Of a stretch of DNA of 64,000 nt, positions 48,200-61,339 are shown piece by piece. The notes under the pieces were generated by a model. The model did no database searches and had not been told where the DNA came from. It was given only the letters and a program-made list of their open reading frames with translations. The DNA comes from Squalus acanthias (taxonomy: Eukaryota): NCBI GenBank assembly GCA_030390025.1, contig CM059429.1:34162001-34226000 (forward strand), in the 5' to 3' direction. The position numbers and the translations under genes are program-made. How positions within the stretch are numbered: the stretch's first letter is position 1; the number at the start of each line of letters is the position of its first letter.

Positions 48200-50149
48200 G
48201 AACATTGCAATGTAAAAAATTCTAGTGTTTAATTCTACTACTTTTACTAATGTAACAAGATATCTTCCATCACTACAGAAACCTTTACCTTTCCAATTGT
48301 ATGTAGAGTACAAGACAAGCAACAGGAGAAATAGGCATAATCTGCTCCTGTTAACTGACATTTGAGATGGAACCTATAATCCTGAGTCCTGCAGGACCAC
48401 CCAATTCATGCATTGGTTTCAGCATCTCTCCTTGTGCTGTTGGTACAAGTGACAAGTTTTGATCTTCCAAGATTGTAACATGGAACCAGGACTTATTTTC
48501 CTTTTTTTGGATTTAAGTCTGGTAATGAGTGGATCAGCTCAAGTTGATCTCGGGGAATTATTTGAAAAGGTAGCACTAGATAAGCTGTGTTCTGTTCTAG
48601 TTAAAACTAAGGGAGAGGCATTGGAGTCCTTTTAGCTTCAGTTACAAAGCCATTTAGGAATCTGCAGCCACTCTTAAGCCATTAAAGTGGCTGTCTCAAT
48701 TTTCTACTGATTTACCAGCAGACTAAGCATCAATGAAAGAATCTACTCGCATTGCTTCTAGCTTGTTACTGATCAGTGTTCTAGTTCGGCTCAAAACAAG
48801 CGAGGAAGGCTTGTCTATACAGGCTTGTGACTACCTCGCTTCAGTCAGTTAATCTTGCTAATGCAGTACCTGTAAATGCAAATGGACTTGTACCTCAACC
48901 TATTTGAAGTATTGACTTTGAAATCCCTTTGGCGTGAGAGTTGTTCAAAATTTCTGAGGAAGAGTAGAGTTTATAGTCTTAGCCAAAGGTGCTGTGAGAG
49001 TGTAGAAGGCCTAAAAGACTAGTGCCCCAAATTCTTTGTTTTGTTTGTGGATATTAAATGAGGAAGGTTCAGGATTTTTGCGTAACGTCCACATACAGTT
49101 GGATGTAGACTAGCATTGCATGGAAGAAATCATTAGGTGTATTCCTTCTTGACTGTTCTCTATTCCACTCAGAGGGGCTGGGTAATGCCCTAAGCTACTT
49201 AAAATTTGAGTATTATGGTTTTTCAGTGTGGGACAATGAAGTCTAACGAGCAGCAATGGCTTACAAACACCATTCAGGATAGCTGAATTTAGTTTCTCGT
49301 CATTTACTTCACTTCGTTCACTGGCTGCTTTCATACATACACAGCTGTGACATCAGTAGATGTAGTTACATATCTTGTTGATTGGGCATGTAACATAATT
49401 CCATTTAATTAAATTTTGTGCTCTCTCTTCAGTCCCAAATTTAGACACAAACATTAACAGAACTTGTATTTGCAATTATATATTAACGGTCACAAACATT
49501 AATCTGTAAAGAAACAACCACTTCACAATTCATTCAGTGTTTGATTTTTCTTTCTGCGTTTGATTTGTAAAGCATCAAGTTTTCATGATGTCCACTTTAT
49601 CAAGGCTCTGTGTTTCTTCATCCAGTGTAGATTTCTGGTAGTCTGACCTCTCTGAATGCCCTTTTACAAATTTGAAATTGCTATGCTTTTCTATTCCTGC
49701 ATGAGCCTACCCCATTTATTATTTTGTGTTCTGTGTCCATTCGCGTGCACATTTTGGCTTTTCCAGACCTAAGCCCATTACTTCTAACTCCCTGTTTTCC
49801 TCTCTTGGCCCCTCTACAGGCCCTTGCCTCCTGTATTCTTCATTTCCTGTTGCCTTTCTTTACTCCCCCTTTGGGTACATTGCTTCCCATAATTACTACC
49901 CCATCCATCACTACTTATCTGCCTTCCTACTCTCCTGTACCCATTGCAGGCTTGAATCCTCTTGGATAAGTCCACAGCTACCCTCTGTGCACCTCCTGAC
50001 ATTCTCCAAAAAGTCCTCTGAGGCATCTGTCACTGCTTCGTTGTGAGCAGCAACCCCAAATACCCCATGCTCCTCACTCACTGACCTTCCTGCCCACTGG
50101 GAGTTAAACTTGCCAAACTCCTCCCTGTCCTGCTCACCACTGCCATCTT

Positions 50150-52700
50150 GGTCTCTACCTGCAGATCAACAATTGCCATCCATCTCCACATTTCCTTCCA
50201 GAATGTCTGTTCACTCACAAACAAGGCCCTTGCCATCCATGACTTTATTCTGGATGATTGCATTGACATCCTGGCTTTGACTGAAACTTGGTTTATGGGT
50301 GGTGACACCTTGCCCTTTCCTGAAGCCCCTCCCTATTATCTCCATCACCTGCCCAAACCACCATAATGGTGGTCCTTATCAACCGATCACACCTTGGTGT
50401 CTCCACTATTCTGAGAATTTTGGCTTGCTCCACCTCACGTCTCCATTAAAATTCTTCTACCACTCCCAAGTTTCTCTCAGGTATTCTTGCTCCTTCTTCA
50501 GCCTTGCATTGAGTGACTCTTTATCCTCAGTGATTTCAATCTTCAGCTCAGCAGCCCTTGCTCTCCTGAATTCACTGAGCTGTTGTCCTCCCTAAATCTC
50601 TTACTTTCTGCTCCCACGGTCTCACAGACGAGGCCTTCTTTGACCACTTCATTGTATCACCACCCACATCCTCCTAACCTCTTCTAACTTCATTCCTTCT
50701 GTCTGTCTCTGGAAAGAGAACTCTTCCAAGTCACGACTGCACTTTTTAATCCAAATTACCTTTGCGCCCCCCCCCCCCCCATTTACCACATGCTTTTGCA
50801 GCTGTCCATTGGTTTAACCACTTCCTAATGTCCACCTTTGATGCCATTGTCTCCAGTAAAACCCCCCCCCAGCAAGGCCCCCAATCTTTGCTCCCTCAAG
50901 TCCAAGGGGTGCAGACTTAGTGTATTTGGCACACAACTGGTTTAGCCATCCATTGCCAGATCTGGCTGGAGCATATCGGGCACTATTGGGCTGGTGTCTC
51001 CTGCCAAAATTGCTCACTGCTCCAGAATCATCCTGCAGAACATGGTTAACTCCCTGGCTTCTTTACAACCAACCATCTCCTTAAGCCCCATTTTCTCCAA
51101 CAAAGTGCGAGGAGCTCATGGATGACTTTATCACTAAGATTTGAGGCCTTCCGTTCAGCTGCTTCTGTTGATTTCCTTCCCATCACTCACCAAGCCATCC
51201 TCGACCAATGTCCCCCGTATGCTGCACTGCCTCCTGCGCGGCCAGACTCCCCCAATGTACGGCCCATTCAAATTTTTGTGCATGCGCGGTATCTACAATG
51301 TAAAAGCTGATGTGTGGCCTGCTCAGGACCTCCTCAGACCATTGTGCGGCAATGTGCACGCACACCTTAGTGGGAACTCTGTCCTCGACCCCACTGTCCT
51401 TGCAAATGACTGACCCATCTTCACCCTCCCTTTCCTGTCCAGAGTCCTTGAACTTGTTGCCTCCCAAATCCATGCCCATGTTTCTTGCAACTCCTTCATT
51501 AGGTTTCCATCCCTTTTACAACAGAGAAATGGTCCTAATCAAAGTCTCAAATGAAACCCTCTGACTGACCATGGTGCATTATCCCTCCTCATCCACCTCA
51601 GCCTCTCTGCAGACTTTGACACGGTCGACCGCACCATCCTCCTCCAATATCTTTCCTCCATTGTCTAGCTCAGTGGGATTGCTATGGCTTGGTTCCACTC
51701 TTTCCTATCTGATTTTAGCCAGAATATCTCCAGCAATGGCTTCTCTTTCTGCCCCTCCACAGTTACTTCGAATCCCCCACAGGATCTGTCCTTGGCCCCC
51801 TCTTCATCTACATGGTGCCCCTTGACAACATCATCCACAGACATGGGGTCAGCTTCCACCTGTATTGACGACACCCAGCTCAACCTCTTCTGATCCATCC
51901 ACTGCTTCAGTGTTGTCTGACTGCTTTTCCAATGTTAAGCCTTGGATGAATTGCAATATTCTCCAGTTAAACATTGGAAAGATTGAAGCCATCGTCTTCG
52001 GACCCTGCCACAAACTCTGTAGCCTTGCCACTGATTCTATTCCACCTCCCAGCTATTGGCTTGGGTTGAACTGACTATTTGCAATCTCTGCATCCTATTC
52101 GACCCCATATACTCCATCACCAGGACCGCCTATTTCCATCTCCATAACAACACCTGCCTCTCTGCCTCAGCCCAGAAACCCTCATCCATGCCTTTGTTGC
52201 CTCCAGACTCGACTATTCCAATGCTCTCCTGGCTGGCTTCCCATCCTGCACCCTGTAAATGTCAGGTCATCCAAAACTGCTGCCTGTATCCTGCACCAAG
52301 TCCTGGTCATCCATTACCCTTATCCTTGCTGACCTGTATTAGTTCCTTGTCCCCCAATGGCTCATTTAAAATTCTCATCCAACTCCAGCCCGACAATGCT
52401 TCCCCACCTGAACTCTCCATTTGTCTGACTCTGGTCTTTTGTGCATTCTTCCCCCTTCATCCCACCATTGGCCGATGTGCTTTCAGCCACCTCGGCCCAA
52501 AACACTGAAATTCCCTCCCTCCTCCATGTCTAGTTCCTCCTTTTAAGGCTTTCCTTAAAACCCACCTCTTTGATTAAACTTTTGATCACCCCTTCTATTA
52601 TCTCCTTTGTCTCAGCATCCAATTTTTGACTGATTATGCCTTTGTGAAGTGCCTTGGGATATTTGTCTGTTAAAGCTGCTTATATAAATGCACATGGTTG
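50150..52700 (+). mobile_element. Decayed L2 LINE (endonuclease and RT remnants, 3' tail)
   Basis: QNVCSLTNK..DILALTETW, AWFHSFLSD, DDTQL, WMNCNILQLNIGKIE; tail gtgaagtgccttggga..tatataaatgc. Confidence 0.88.
51206..51381. mobile_element. hAT-like MITE nested in L2, same family as 43589
   Basis: Perfect 8-bp TSD TCCTCGAC; ends CAATGTCCCC / GGGAACTCTG; shared internal cattcaaa..catgcgcg..taaaag. Confidence 0.8.
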
Positions 52701-55700
52701 TTTTCAGTAATTTTTAGTTGATTGACTTTAGGTTAATTACTTGATTCATGTCTTCTGATTCTATTTAGACATGTCTGTCACTCCTCTCTTGGGCTCACTA
52801 TAAACATTACCCTTCTCTTTAATTGGCTTCAGCACAGCTTTATCCAAGGTGAAGCTAAGTTGCATGACCTGTATTTGATTGGTAGAATTAGCCCATCTCC
52901 CCTTTTAGTCATTGCTTCTGGCTAGTTGTCTACATTAGTAACTGCACTTCAAAGGTTACTCATTGGTTGTGAGCGACTTTGGAATGTCCCGAGTATGTGA
53001 TATGCTATATAAAATCAACTTTGTTTCTTGCATTCTCATTTGCATAGAACTTGAACATCCTTTTTGGCTTGATAGCGGGTTCCAGATGCCGAGTGTGCAG
53101 TGCTAAAGCCATCAATTCGAACTTGAGCATGTAGCATTTACATTTCTTGTGTTGTAAAGTTCAACTGGTCATTTTCCTTATCCAGTTGTTGTAGATTTTT
53201 TCAGTAATTGCCAAATTTTATACTTTGGGTTGTTCTTGCCACCATTCTTCCTTTCTGATGTAGGCTTCTTGTGGAACTTTCATCCTACTGTATCATCACC
53301 ATAAAGGAGATCATCTACTGTAATAAACCTGTGACCTGACTGATCTGCATACATTTCCAACTGTACCCATTTTGTCTCTCTTTTCCATATGCCAGGCACC
53401 TATTACCCATAGCCACACTAGCTCCTGGAATCTCAAATGATACTGTGGGTTTGGCTCAACAGCCATTTATTGTTTTGAGCCACATGCCACATAAATTCTC
53501 AAGGCCTATGAGACGATCCCAGGATTTTGACAGTACTGTTGCATACTAGACCACAGTTTTGTGCTGGCCTTTCACACATGCATTGATCAGCTGTTTCTCG
53601 TGCACTCCCCCCCCCCCCCCCCCCCCCCCCGAGATTGCAGTATCCAAGTAGTTCAACCAATACACTTGGCTGATCTACCTTGCTCCCCAACTGCAAGTAG
53701 GTTTCCTCCCTAGTGAAGGTAGTTCTCTGTACTTTTCTCTGGCACTGGATTCAATTAAATATAATTTAAATCTATGTTTCTATTCTCTCTAAGTCTTGAG
53801 TAGGTTACCTCTTCTCAGTAATCCCATTTGTTTCAAGCTTTGCTTTTTGATGCATTTCTCCAGACTCGAGTGGTTTCTACTCTGAATGGTGTATGAAGCC
53901 GTCAAAGCATTTCTTCATTTTCTATTTGTTTTTGCTGTCTCTCAGTAATTAACCCACTTTGAGGATAATACCCTTCTACGCTGAGTTTAATTGCACAGTT
54001 GTAATAATCAACAACCTTTACAATACTCTTTCCAATTCATAGATCTGTTCCCAAAAAGCTAATATGCACTCTTGGGCACAACTTCTGATACCATAGAATG
54101 AGCAGATGTGGGCTTATAAACACTCTCCCCACAAACACCTGGGTTTACTGCTTGTGTAGATTATTGTAATAGGTTGCGTGTTTTTATTAATTATCTTCAC
54201 ATTGGTCAAACAATTCCATGTAGTTCAATTTTAATTTTAAAAAGTAAATGGCCAGAGAGCCAATTCTGGGCAGTTTTAAGAATTAACCTCAAGGCGAAGT
54301 GTACTTCCTATTTGAGATTGAGTGTTTGAGTCTAGGTAATATTTTGGATGGCTACATTTCCTTGAATCTGATTTCAGCTGGCAGTGAGAGCTGTATGTAC
54401 TAATGAGATACCTGGCATGGGTTTATGGTAGTTCTCCACCTGAATGCACAATTGCTTCCTAAAGTAGTGTTTAGTTTCCATATAGATTAGAAATTTCAGT
54501 ATCATTCTTTAAAAATGAAGAGTATTTTTGTCTAAAAGGTGACCCACGTCCATTTGGGGTATTGTTTACCTTGGTAACGGACATTTGAGATCATTTTAAA
54601 ACCGGTCGTAGGTCCACAGATTGAACTTCCTTGCCACAAATCTATGGCAGCAGTGGTCCAATGGCAATGAGATCAGCTAGAAAATAGTGTGCGCCAGGTC
54701 ATAGTAAAATCCAGAAAGTTTATATTCCAATACAAGGACAATACAAATTTAGCTTACTGCGTTAGCATCCTACCTGTAAGGCCCTGAACAGGCACTTGGA
54801 CTGAGCTGAAAACTGAAATGAATCCTCCCTGAATATATCAATCAAGTACAAAGAACAATTTTAATATTTGGCATATCTTAAATGTTGATTGCTTTGTACA
54901 ATTTTGATGATTTTGTTATAATGAAACCCCAAAGTTTAGTTATAATACTGACCTCTACTGTAAAATATTTTTGCTTATAGTTTATACAAAATGAAATGTA
55001 ATTGGTGTGATTTTCATTGGTTGCACAATGTACATTTATTGTTTATGCATGTGAAATGTATTTATATCATTAACCTCAATTGTGAATATGGATTTGCATT
55101 GCTCAGTTAGCTGCTTTCTGTGTAGGCAGTGTCATTGTAGACAAAGATCCCGTGCTCCTATGAATACGTAAAGGAGTGTGCATCAATTTTCACAGAAAAA
55201 TTTGGATCCTGTAACGTGCTAATTGTGTACAGAGTTCAAACCGTAGCTATGTCATAGCATGAACTTCTCAGTAAACCTGACATGTTCGATGATATCCTTG
55301 GTTATTGTCTATGATATAAGCTCTTGTTGCCTCTAGTGTCGTTCCCAAGAGGGAACTAAAGCTCAATGCTTCCAGTGTACATAGCTAAGCTACTTTTGTT
55401 TCCATGCTCCTGTGCAAGGGGCTATTTGGGAGCTGGGGGTCTTCTTCCTGAAGGCTTGACCTCTATAGCATTGAAGGATTGTGGCTAGTCTTGTCAGTCC
55501 TGTACAAAACTGACTACAGCAACATGACAAGGATTGCTAGTACTTAAGATAGACCTACATATTAATGCTAGAGACACGCAGGCCACTGTATTTGCATATA
55601 TATTAGTCCAAAAAGGCTGCACAAAATACTAGCAGCAAAGCTTTACACACTTTCTGTTGCCTATCTACAAATGTTTAGGCACAGTTAACTATTACTTAAT

Positions 55701-55799
55701 GAAACATGCGTTAGGTTAAAGCAAATTTTTGACGTTGATACACTCGTACGGTTTCTCCAACTGTTTGTGCTGCCAAGAATGATCAAGATCAATTTAGTT

Positions 55800-56100
55800 A
55801 GATTTTGGCCCTAGTTGCATTCCCCTCCTCCTCCTTTCTCTTGGATGATTCCAGAGTCTTTGTCTTTATTACCCTACCCAAAACACCAGTCCAGATATTG
55901 TTTGCCTTTTGTGAAGTCCTTCCTGACATCAATCCTGAACCTGCCTTTTACCTGTTTGTACCTGTCCCCTTGTTTTGTAGCCCTGATTACCAATCTATGG
56001 CAGCATGTTCCCAGTCCTCCACTGGCATGCTGGTGAGATTTTGCTTGATTATGTCTTGGAGCCATTACTGCTAACCAACTCCTCTACAATTCCATCCTTG
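55800..56100 (-). mobile_element. Old CR1 fragment
   Basis: Minus RYKQVKGRFRIDVRKDFT resembles the CR1 ORF2 C-terminus. Confidence 0.6.
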
Positions 56101-57247
56101 AGCTCGCCAGAAAAGATCTATTTTGGGAGCTGATCCTTGTCGATTCTCACAATGTAGCTCTGCTTTATCAGCATTGCCTCAATGTCAGGTCCTCAGTATA
56201 GATACTTTGGCTGTTTGATGATCAGGATGGCAGTGAGGTGCCACATATGGACTCTGATGAATGCTTTCTATGACAGGTCCAAGACTCAAAGCAAAGTTCC
56301 AACCCTAATCATTATCCAGTGACTCCTGGTGGAATTGTGTATGGACTTTTGGGTAAGGGCAGGATTGGGTTTGGCTGTCATGGCCCCTATGCTTAAACAG
56401 CCTGCTGACACTGTCAAAGGCCAGAAAGTAGAGCCAGTAGATATAATTAAAACTGGTGAGAAATAGTTCAGGAAAATCTTTGCTGGTAAATGTTTAAAAT
56501 AATCTATTGAGTGAGTTAGTGGAAGCAAAAATATGATATAAGCTCAAAATGAGGCTGATTACTTTAATGAAAGATTTTTGGGTATAAAAGGAGTGAACTT
56601 TGATGGGACAAACGGCCTCTGCTTATGTTAGTGCTCATGATTAACCTTTTTCTGTCCCCGTTAACCTTTGCTGTCTGGATCCACCAGCTTTTGCCACCTA
56701 AGATCCAAAGAATCTGGTTCCACATATATATTTTTTTCTTCCTATTTTGGTTAACTCCTGCAAAATACTTTGTCCAGCTGGTAAGTGTGGCCGATAGGTT
56801 TTAACATTTAACTTCCAGCTACATTGCCCTCTCTGGTTAAAAGTGACTTGATGGAGATGTGGAAAGAGGAAGTTACATTAGTGATCAAAATATTTTTTTC
56901 TCTTTTCAATTTTCCCCAGTAGGCAGTCTCTCGGTTGGGATAGAGTTTCATAGGCAGTGGGTCTATGATTCTATCAGGATAAGGAAGCCAATTTTACCAG
57001 TGTAAGTGGGGGTCGGGGTGTGATGGCTGATAACCAAGACCAAGATTGAAGATAGGACCTTTGATCTCTAGTTCGGTGCCACAAGATGCAGGGCATCCAA
57101 TATTTCCATTATTTTGATGAATGGAATTATACACCACATCTGATTTATATTTTCAGTTTGATTGCAATTGCAATAAATATCGTTAAATTGCAGTTGCAGT
57201 TTATGGGTCAGAAATGATATACAGTATTATTGTGGTAAATTTATAAC

Positions 57248-57464
57248 CACCCAATTCAGCGTACAGGTACATTTATTATGAAGTTTATTTTGGACAGAGG
57301 AGGAAGAACTGGACATTGTCCTTTTTTTAACTTTGTAGTCAATGTACATTCCTGCGAATTATAGTGCAGGAAAAAATCTTGAAAGGTCCTTCATGTGGAA
57401 GCCAATGTGCAAAGGTGGGTGGTAAACTAAAACAATTATTTAAAAAAAAAACAATAATTACAGT
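57248..57464 (+). repeat. Direct repeat copy 1 (~215 bp), upstream of alkaline phosphatase
   Basis: Collinear with 59017-59230, including a 48-bp identical block. Confidence 0.92.
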
Positions 57465-57659
57465 ACAGAACACGCCATGCAATATGATACAGGGACTAAA
57501 ATATAAATATAATTTAAGTACAAATAGATAACAAAGACAATGTTTGTAAAAAGCCACTTGTGCGAAATTAAAAGATTTAAATTACAATACCACGATAAAC
57601 CAAAGGAAATAGGACTAAGAATTTTACGGTAATGGCATTGTCTACAATTCACAGTTGAA

Positions 57660-57860
57660 TTAGATAAGTTAATCTTATTACCACGCTATTTAACACCTCT
57701 GCTATAACAAATAAGCACTTATTCATGACTTCACAAAACCAATGTTAGGAATCATGCAACCATAGTGTGCTTGATTTTATTCATCATCACATTGTTTTAA
57801 AGAAAAGTATAAATAGAGCTTTCAGTTTTTTCAGTTTCATTATCTAAAATCCAGACCATC
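57660..57860 (+). promoter_or_regulatory. Putative alkaline phosphatase proximal promoter: TATAAAT 57808, CCAAT ~57739, GATA (AGATAAG 57662) abutting an HNF1-like GTTAAT
   Basis: Motifs seen directly, TATA 53 nt upstream of the ATG; function inferred. Confidence 0.55.
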
Positions 57861-57930
57861 ATGGCCTTGAGGTGGCCTTTGCTTATGTGTGTCAGTGCAT
57901 TAGCAGTGCTGAATGCAGTTAGTTTACCAG
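57861..57930 (+). CDS. Alkaline phosphatase coding exon 1, signal peptide ([23 protein letters not shown])
   Basis: Kozak-like accatcATGG, hydrophobic leader, phase-1 donor CAG|gtaatt. Confidence 0.85.
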
Positions 57931-60900
57931 GTAATTTCATACATTATTTGAACATTCATAATTTTTTTTTCTCTTCAAGCCATTTTGTGGGTTTTTCTTT
58001 GTGCCATTCTCCTTGTTGGTAATTATAGTAATGTTCCTTCATCACCCAATACAGTGGACGACTTTTATTTCAGTTTATTATTTGGGGAAAAAAAAGGTTA
58101 GAATGATTTGTGCAAATATAAAGGACTTAATATTGAATAATAAATAAAACACACCCAATTTAAAAAAAAGTTTTCTTATAAAGTTATTTTCATTGAATGA
58201 ATTTGATGATATTTGTATAGGGTTCAGTGTTTCATCACTGAAAATGTGATTTTGTTTGAAAAGTATTTACTGACTTTAAAAGGATGATCCATTATAATTT
58301 TGCTGCATTTAATATATATTTAAATTTGATGTAAATTAAATGTGAGACTATTACCAGAGTTTTCACAGATGTTTGGAAAGACTTGTTTATATCTGATAAG
58401 TTGTATCAGTTATAAATTGTAGATGTTGAAAAAACACCTTCCTACTGGTTGAATTTGGCAAAAGAGAAAATGCAGAAGAACATGGCCTCTCCCTCCACCA
58501 GGAAGGCGAAGAATGTAATTGTATTCCTCGGGGATGGTAAGTGAAGTTTTCTCATCTGAACTTTTATCAAACTTCTGCATTTTTCTGCTTTTCTTTAATG
58601 AGAGATTTCCGAATTTATGAAATGACTTGAAATCAGCTGCTGAGTTTCTCATTTTTCACAAGCTGGCATTTTAAAAATTATTTTCTTTGTTCTGCCATGA
58701 GCCATGATTTTTTGTTTTAAGGTATGGGGGTTACCACGGTTACAGCAGCTCGGATTTTAAAAGGGCAACTCAACGGTTTTTATGGTGAGGAATATAATCT
58801 AGAAATGGATTCTTTTCCATACACTTCATTAACAAAGGTAGGAATAATTTTTAATAGCTTAAATATGCCTGTCAAGTTTTGATGTTTTGCTTTGACTATT
58901 TTTGCACAGAAAGGATTTGGACAAAAGGAGCATCACAGGTACCTAGAATAAAACAGTGGCGTATTTAAAAAAATTAGTTATTATGAGTTTGCCTATGGAC
59001 TCGCATTGCCCCCAAACACCCAATTACGCATACAGGTACATTTATTATAACGTTTATTTTAGACAGAGGAGAAAGAACTGGACATTGTTTTTTTTAAAAC
59101 TTTGAAGTCAGTATAGATTTCTGAGCATTATAGTGCAGGAAAATCTTGAAAGGTCCTTAATGTGGAAGCCAATGTGCAAAGGTGGGTGGTAAACTAAAAC
59201 AATTATTAAAAGAAATACGATTATTACAGTCTTTTTTTTACAGGTGGTTAAATATGCCCTTTTAAGCTACAGTATTTTCTGGAAGCATTGTTACACCTCT
59301 CTGTTTTTCCAAAATAAAATTCCACCACATTATTAACACAATTGCCTGGACAGACCTAGAGTAGTATTGAAAGAGTGCTAATGTCGTCTTACTTTTTCTT
59401 GGTGTTTTTATCAATATGTGTATATAGGGAAATATACTGACAAAAAAAGGCACATGATATTAACAGAAATATTAGCTGCATGGTTATACAGATGGCTAGG
59501 AGACAGAAAGCAAACAGTAAAGGTAAATGGATATTTTTCGTAGGGGAAAAGGGAGGGAAATGGAATTGGGGTATATGGCTACTGCTGAAGATCTGCCACA
59601 ACACAATTGACTGGCCTAATTCTGTGCTTTAAATTCGATTATACTATGGTAGATAATGTACAAAAAAATGTGCGGCATGCAGAAAAGCTCTATTTATCAT
59701 ATTGAGGCACTGCATTAAAAAGATTATAGTTCTTCCATATTATAACAGGATTGTTTTCTCTCTACAATCTAGGTTTATTGTGTAGATGCCCAGGTGCCTG
59801 ACAGTGCATGCACTGCTTCTGCTTTCCTCTGTGGTGTAAAAACAAAGAAATTCACTCTAGGTACAACGGCTGCTGTTGAGTACGACCAATGTAACTCAAC
59901 TTTTGGCAATGAAGCCACTTCAATTTTGAATTGGGCCAAAAGTGCAGGTATTGTAAATACTACAAATAAGCTGTGGTTTCCTAGATTGTGTTGATTGTAT
60001 AACAAACGGTCAAGAATGGACCATCGGCTTACTGGTGGTCCAGAGATGCTTAATAATGTGTAATTAGAGAAGTCACGAGAACACTTAATCCAAGGCAACA
60101 AGAAGCCAGTTCCCACATAATTTTGCCTCAGCCCCCTTCCACCCATTATTTTGCTTTTCTTCATTTCTATTCATGAAAAATGGCCAACAATATAAGATAG
60201 TCACCAAGAAATCCAATAGGGAATTCAGAAGAAACATCTTTACCCAAAGAGTGGTGAGAATATGGAACTCGCTACCACAGGGAGTGGTTGAAGCGGATAG
60301 TATAGATGCATTTAAGGGGAGGCTAGACAAGCATATGAGGGAGAAAGGAATAGAGGGTTATGCTGATAGATTTAGATGAGGAAAGACGGGAGGAGGCTCG
60401 AGTGGAGCATAAATGCCGGAATGGACTGGTTGGGCTGAATGGCCTGTTTCTGTGCTGTATATCCTATGTAAAAAAAAAAGCCAACACTTTACCAAGATGA
60501 GGGGGCCAAATAGGTGATGAGCCTTTGATAATGAAAAACAACCAATAAAAGCACAATTCAAATCTCTGATTTAAAACAAAAATATATAGGAAAATAATCT
60601 CCAATTTGTAATTTAAGAACATGCAGTTTATAGCAAAATGTTTTTGAAACTACACCTAATAAAGTAGCTACACAATATTATAACGTCACCCACATCAAGT
60701 GAACTTCATGAGATGGAAAACTGCGTAAAGTAATTTTATCAGTGACATGGCGAAAGTACCAATTCTGGTGAATCAAAGCAGTTTGTGATGGAATAATGTA
60801 ATTTGTACACTAATGTTACATTGTGTACATTAATGTGCAAAACAATTATAATAATGTGTTCAAAGAAATTGGCTGAAAAAAAGAAATACTAAAATAGAAA

Positions 60901-61265
60901 ATAATGAGACTATCATGACTGTATATTAAGATGATTAGATGTTAATAGAAATTCCAACATAACTTTAAGTTTTTACCATTAGACTTCTCTTCTCAAAGTA
61001 ACCATTATCTTGGGATGAAACTGTTAACTTTTTATTTTAAAATGATGAGTGACGCTAAGTGTGGATTGTGACTTTCTAATATCACCCAGGGAAATCTGTT
61101 GGTATTGTTACAACAACTCGATTAATGCATGCCACTCCAGCAGCTGCGTATGCTCACGCCGTAAACCGCAAATGGTACAGTGACGCAGAGATGCCCAATC
61201 TGGCCAAAGAACAGGGCTGCAAGGACATTTCAACACAACTCATCTACAATATACCCAACATTGAG
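57861..61265 (+). CDS. Alkaline phosphatase gene (ALPL/ALPI family, possibly alp3 lineage), 3'-partial span, 5 coding exons
   Basis: Signal peptide, [13 protein letters not shown], catalytic VPDSA, GIVTTTR..HATP and NRKWYSD; intron positions as in vertebrate ALPs. Confidence 0.95.
58423..58536 (+). CDS. Alkaline phosphatase exon 2 ([25 protein letters not shown])
   Basis: ttgtag / gtaagt; metal-binding Asp in FLGDG. Confidence 0.93.
58722..58837 (+). CDS. Alkaline phosphatase exon 3 ([27 protein letters not shown])
   Basis: tttaag / gtagga; 116 nt. Confidence 0.95.
59017..59230 (+). repeat. Direct repeat copy 2, in alkaline phosphatase intron 3
   Basis: Collinear with 57248-57464. Confidence 0.92.
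59773..59947 (+). CDS. Alkaline phosphatase exon 4 with catalytic Ser ([23 protein letters not shown]..)
   Basis: atctag / gtattg; 175 nt. Confidence 0.95.
60170..60470 (+). mobile_element. CR1 LINE 3' fragment
   Basis: [28 protein letters not shown] plus 3' UTR. Confidence 0.9.
61090..61265 (+). CDS. Alkaline phosphatase exon 5 ([38 protein letters not shown])
   Basis: acccag / gtaatc; 176 nt. Confidence 0.95.
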
Positions 61266-61339
61266 GTAATCTCTCAGAAACAACTTGTAGATGATATAGT
61301 AAAATGTAGATTCTTTCAAACACACCATGTAATGATCTG

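Noticed and set aside
48798-48841. Hairpin aagcgagg..cctcgctt downstream of EIF4G1
   Set aside because: Short and bulged, with no snoRNA or miRNA hallmarks; compatible with chance.
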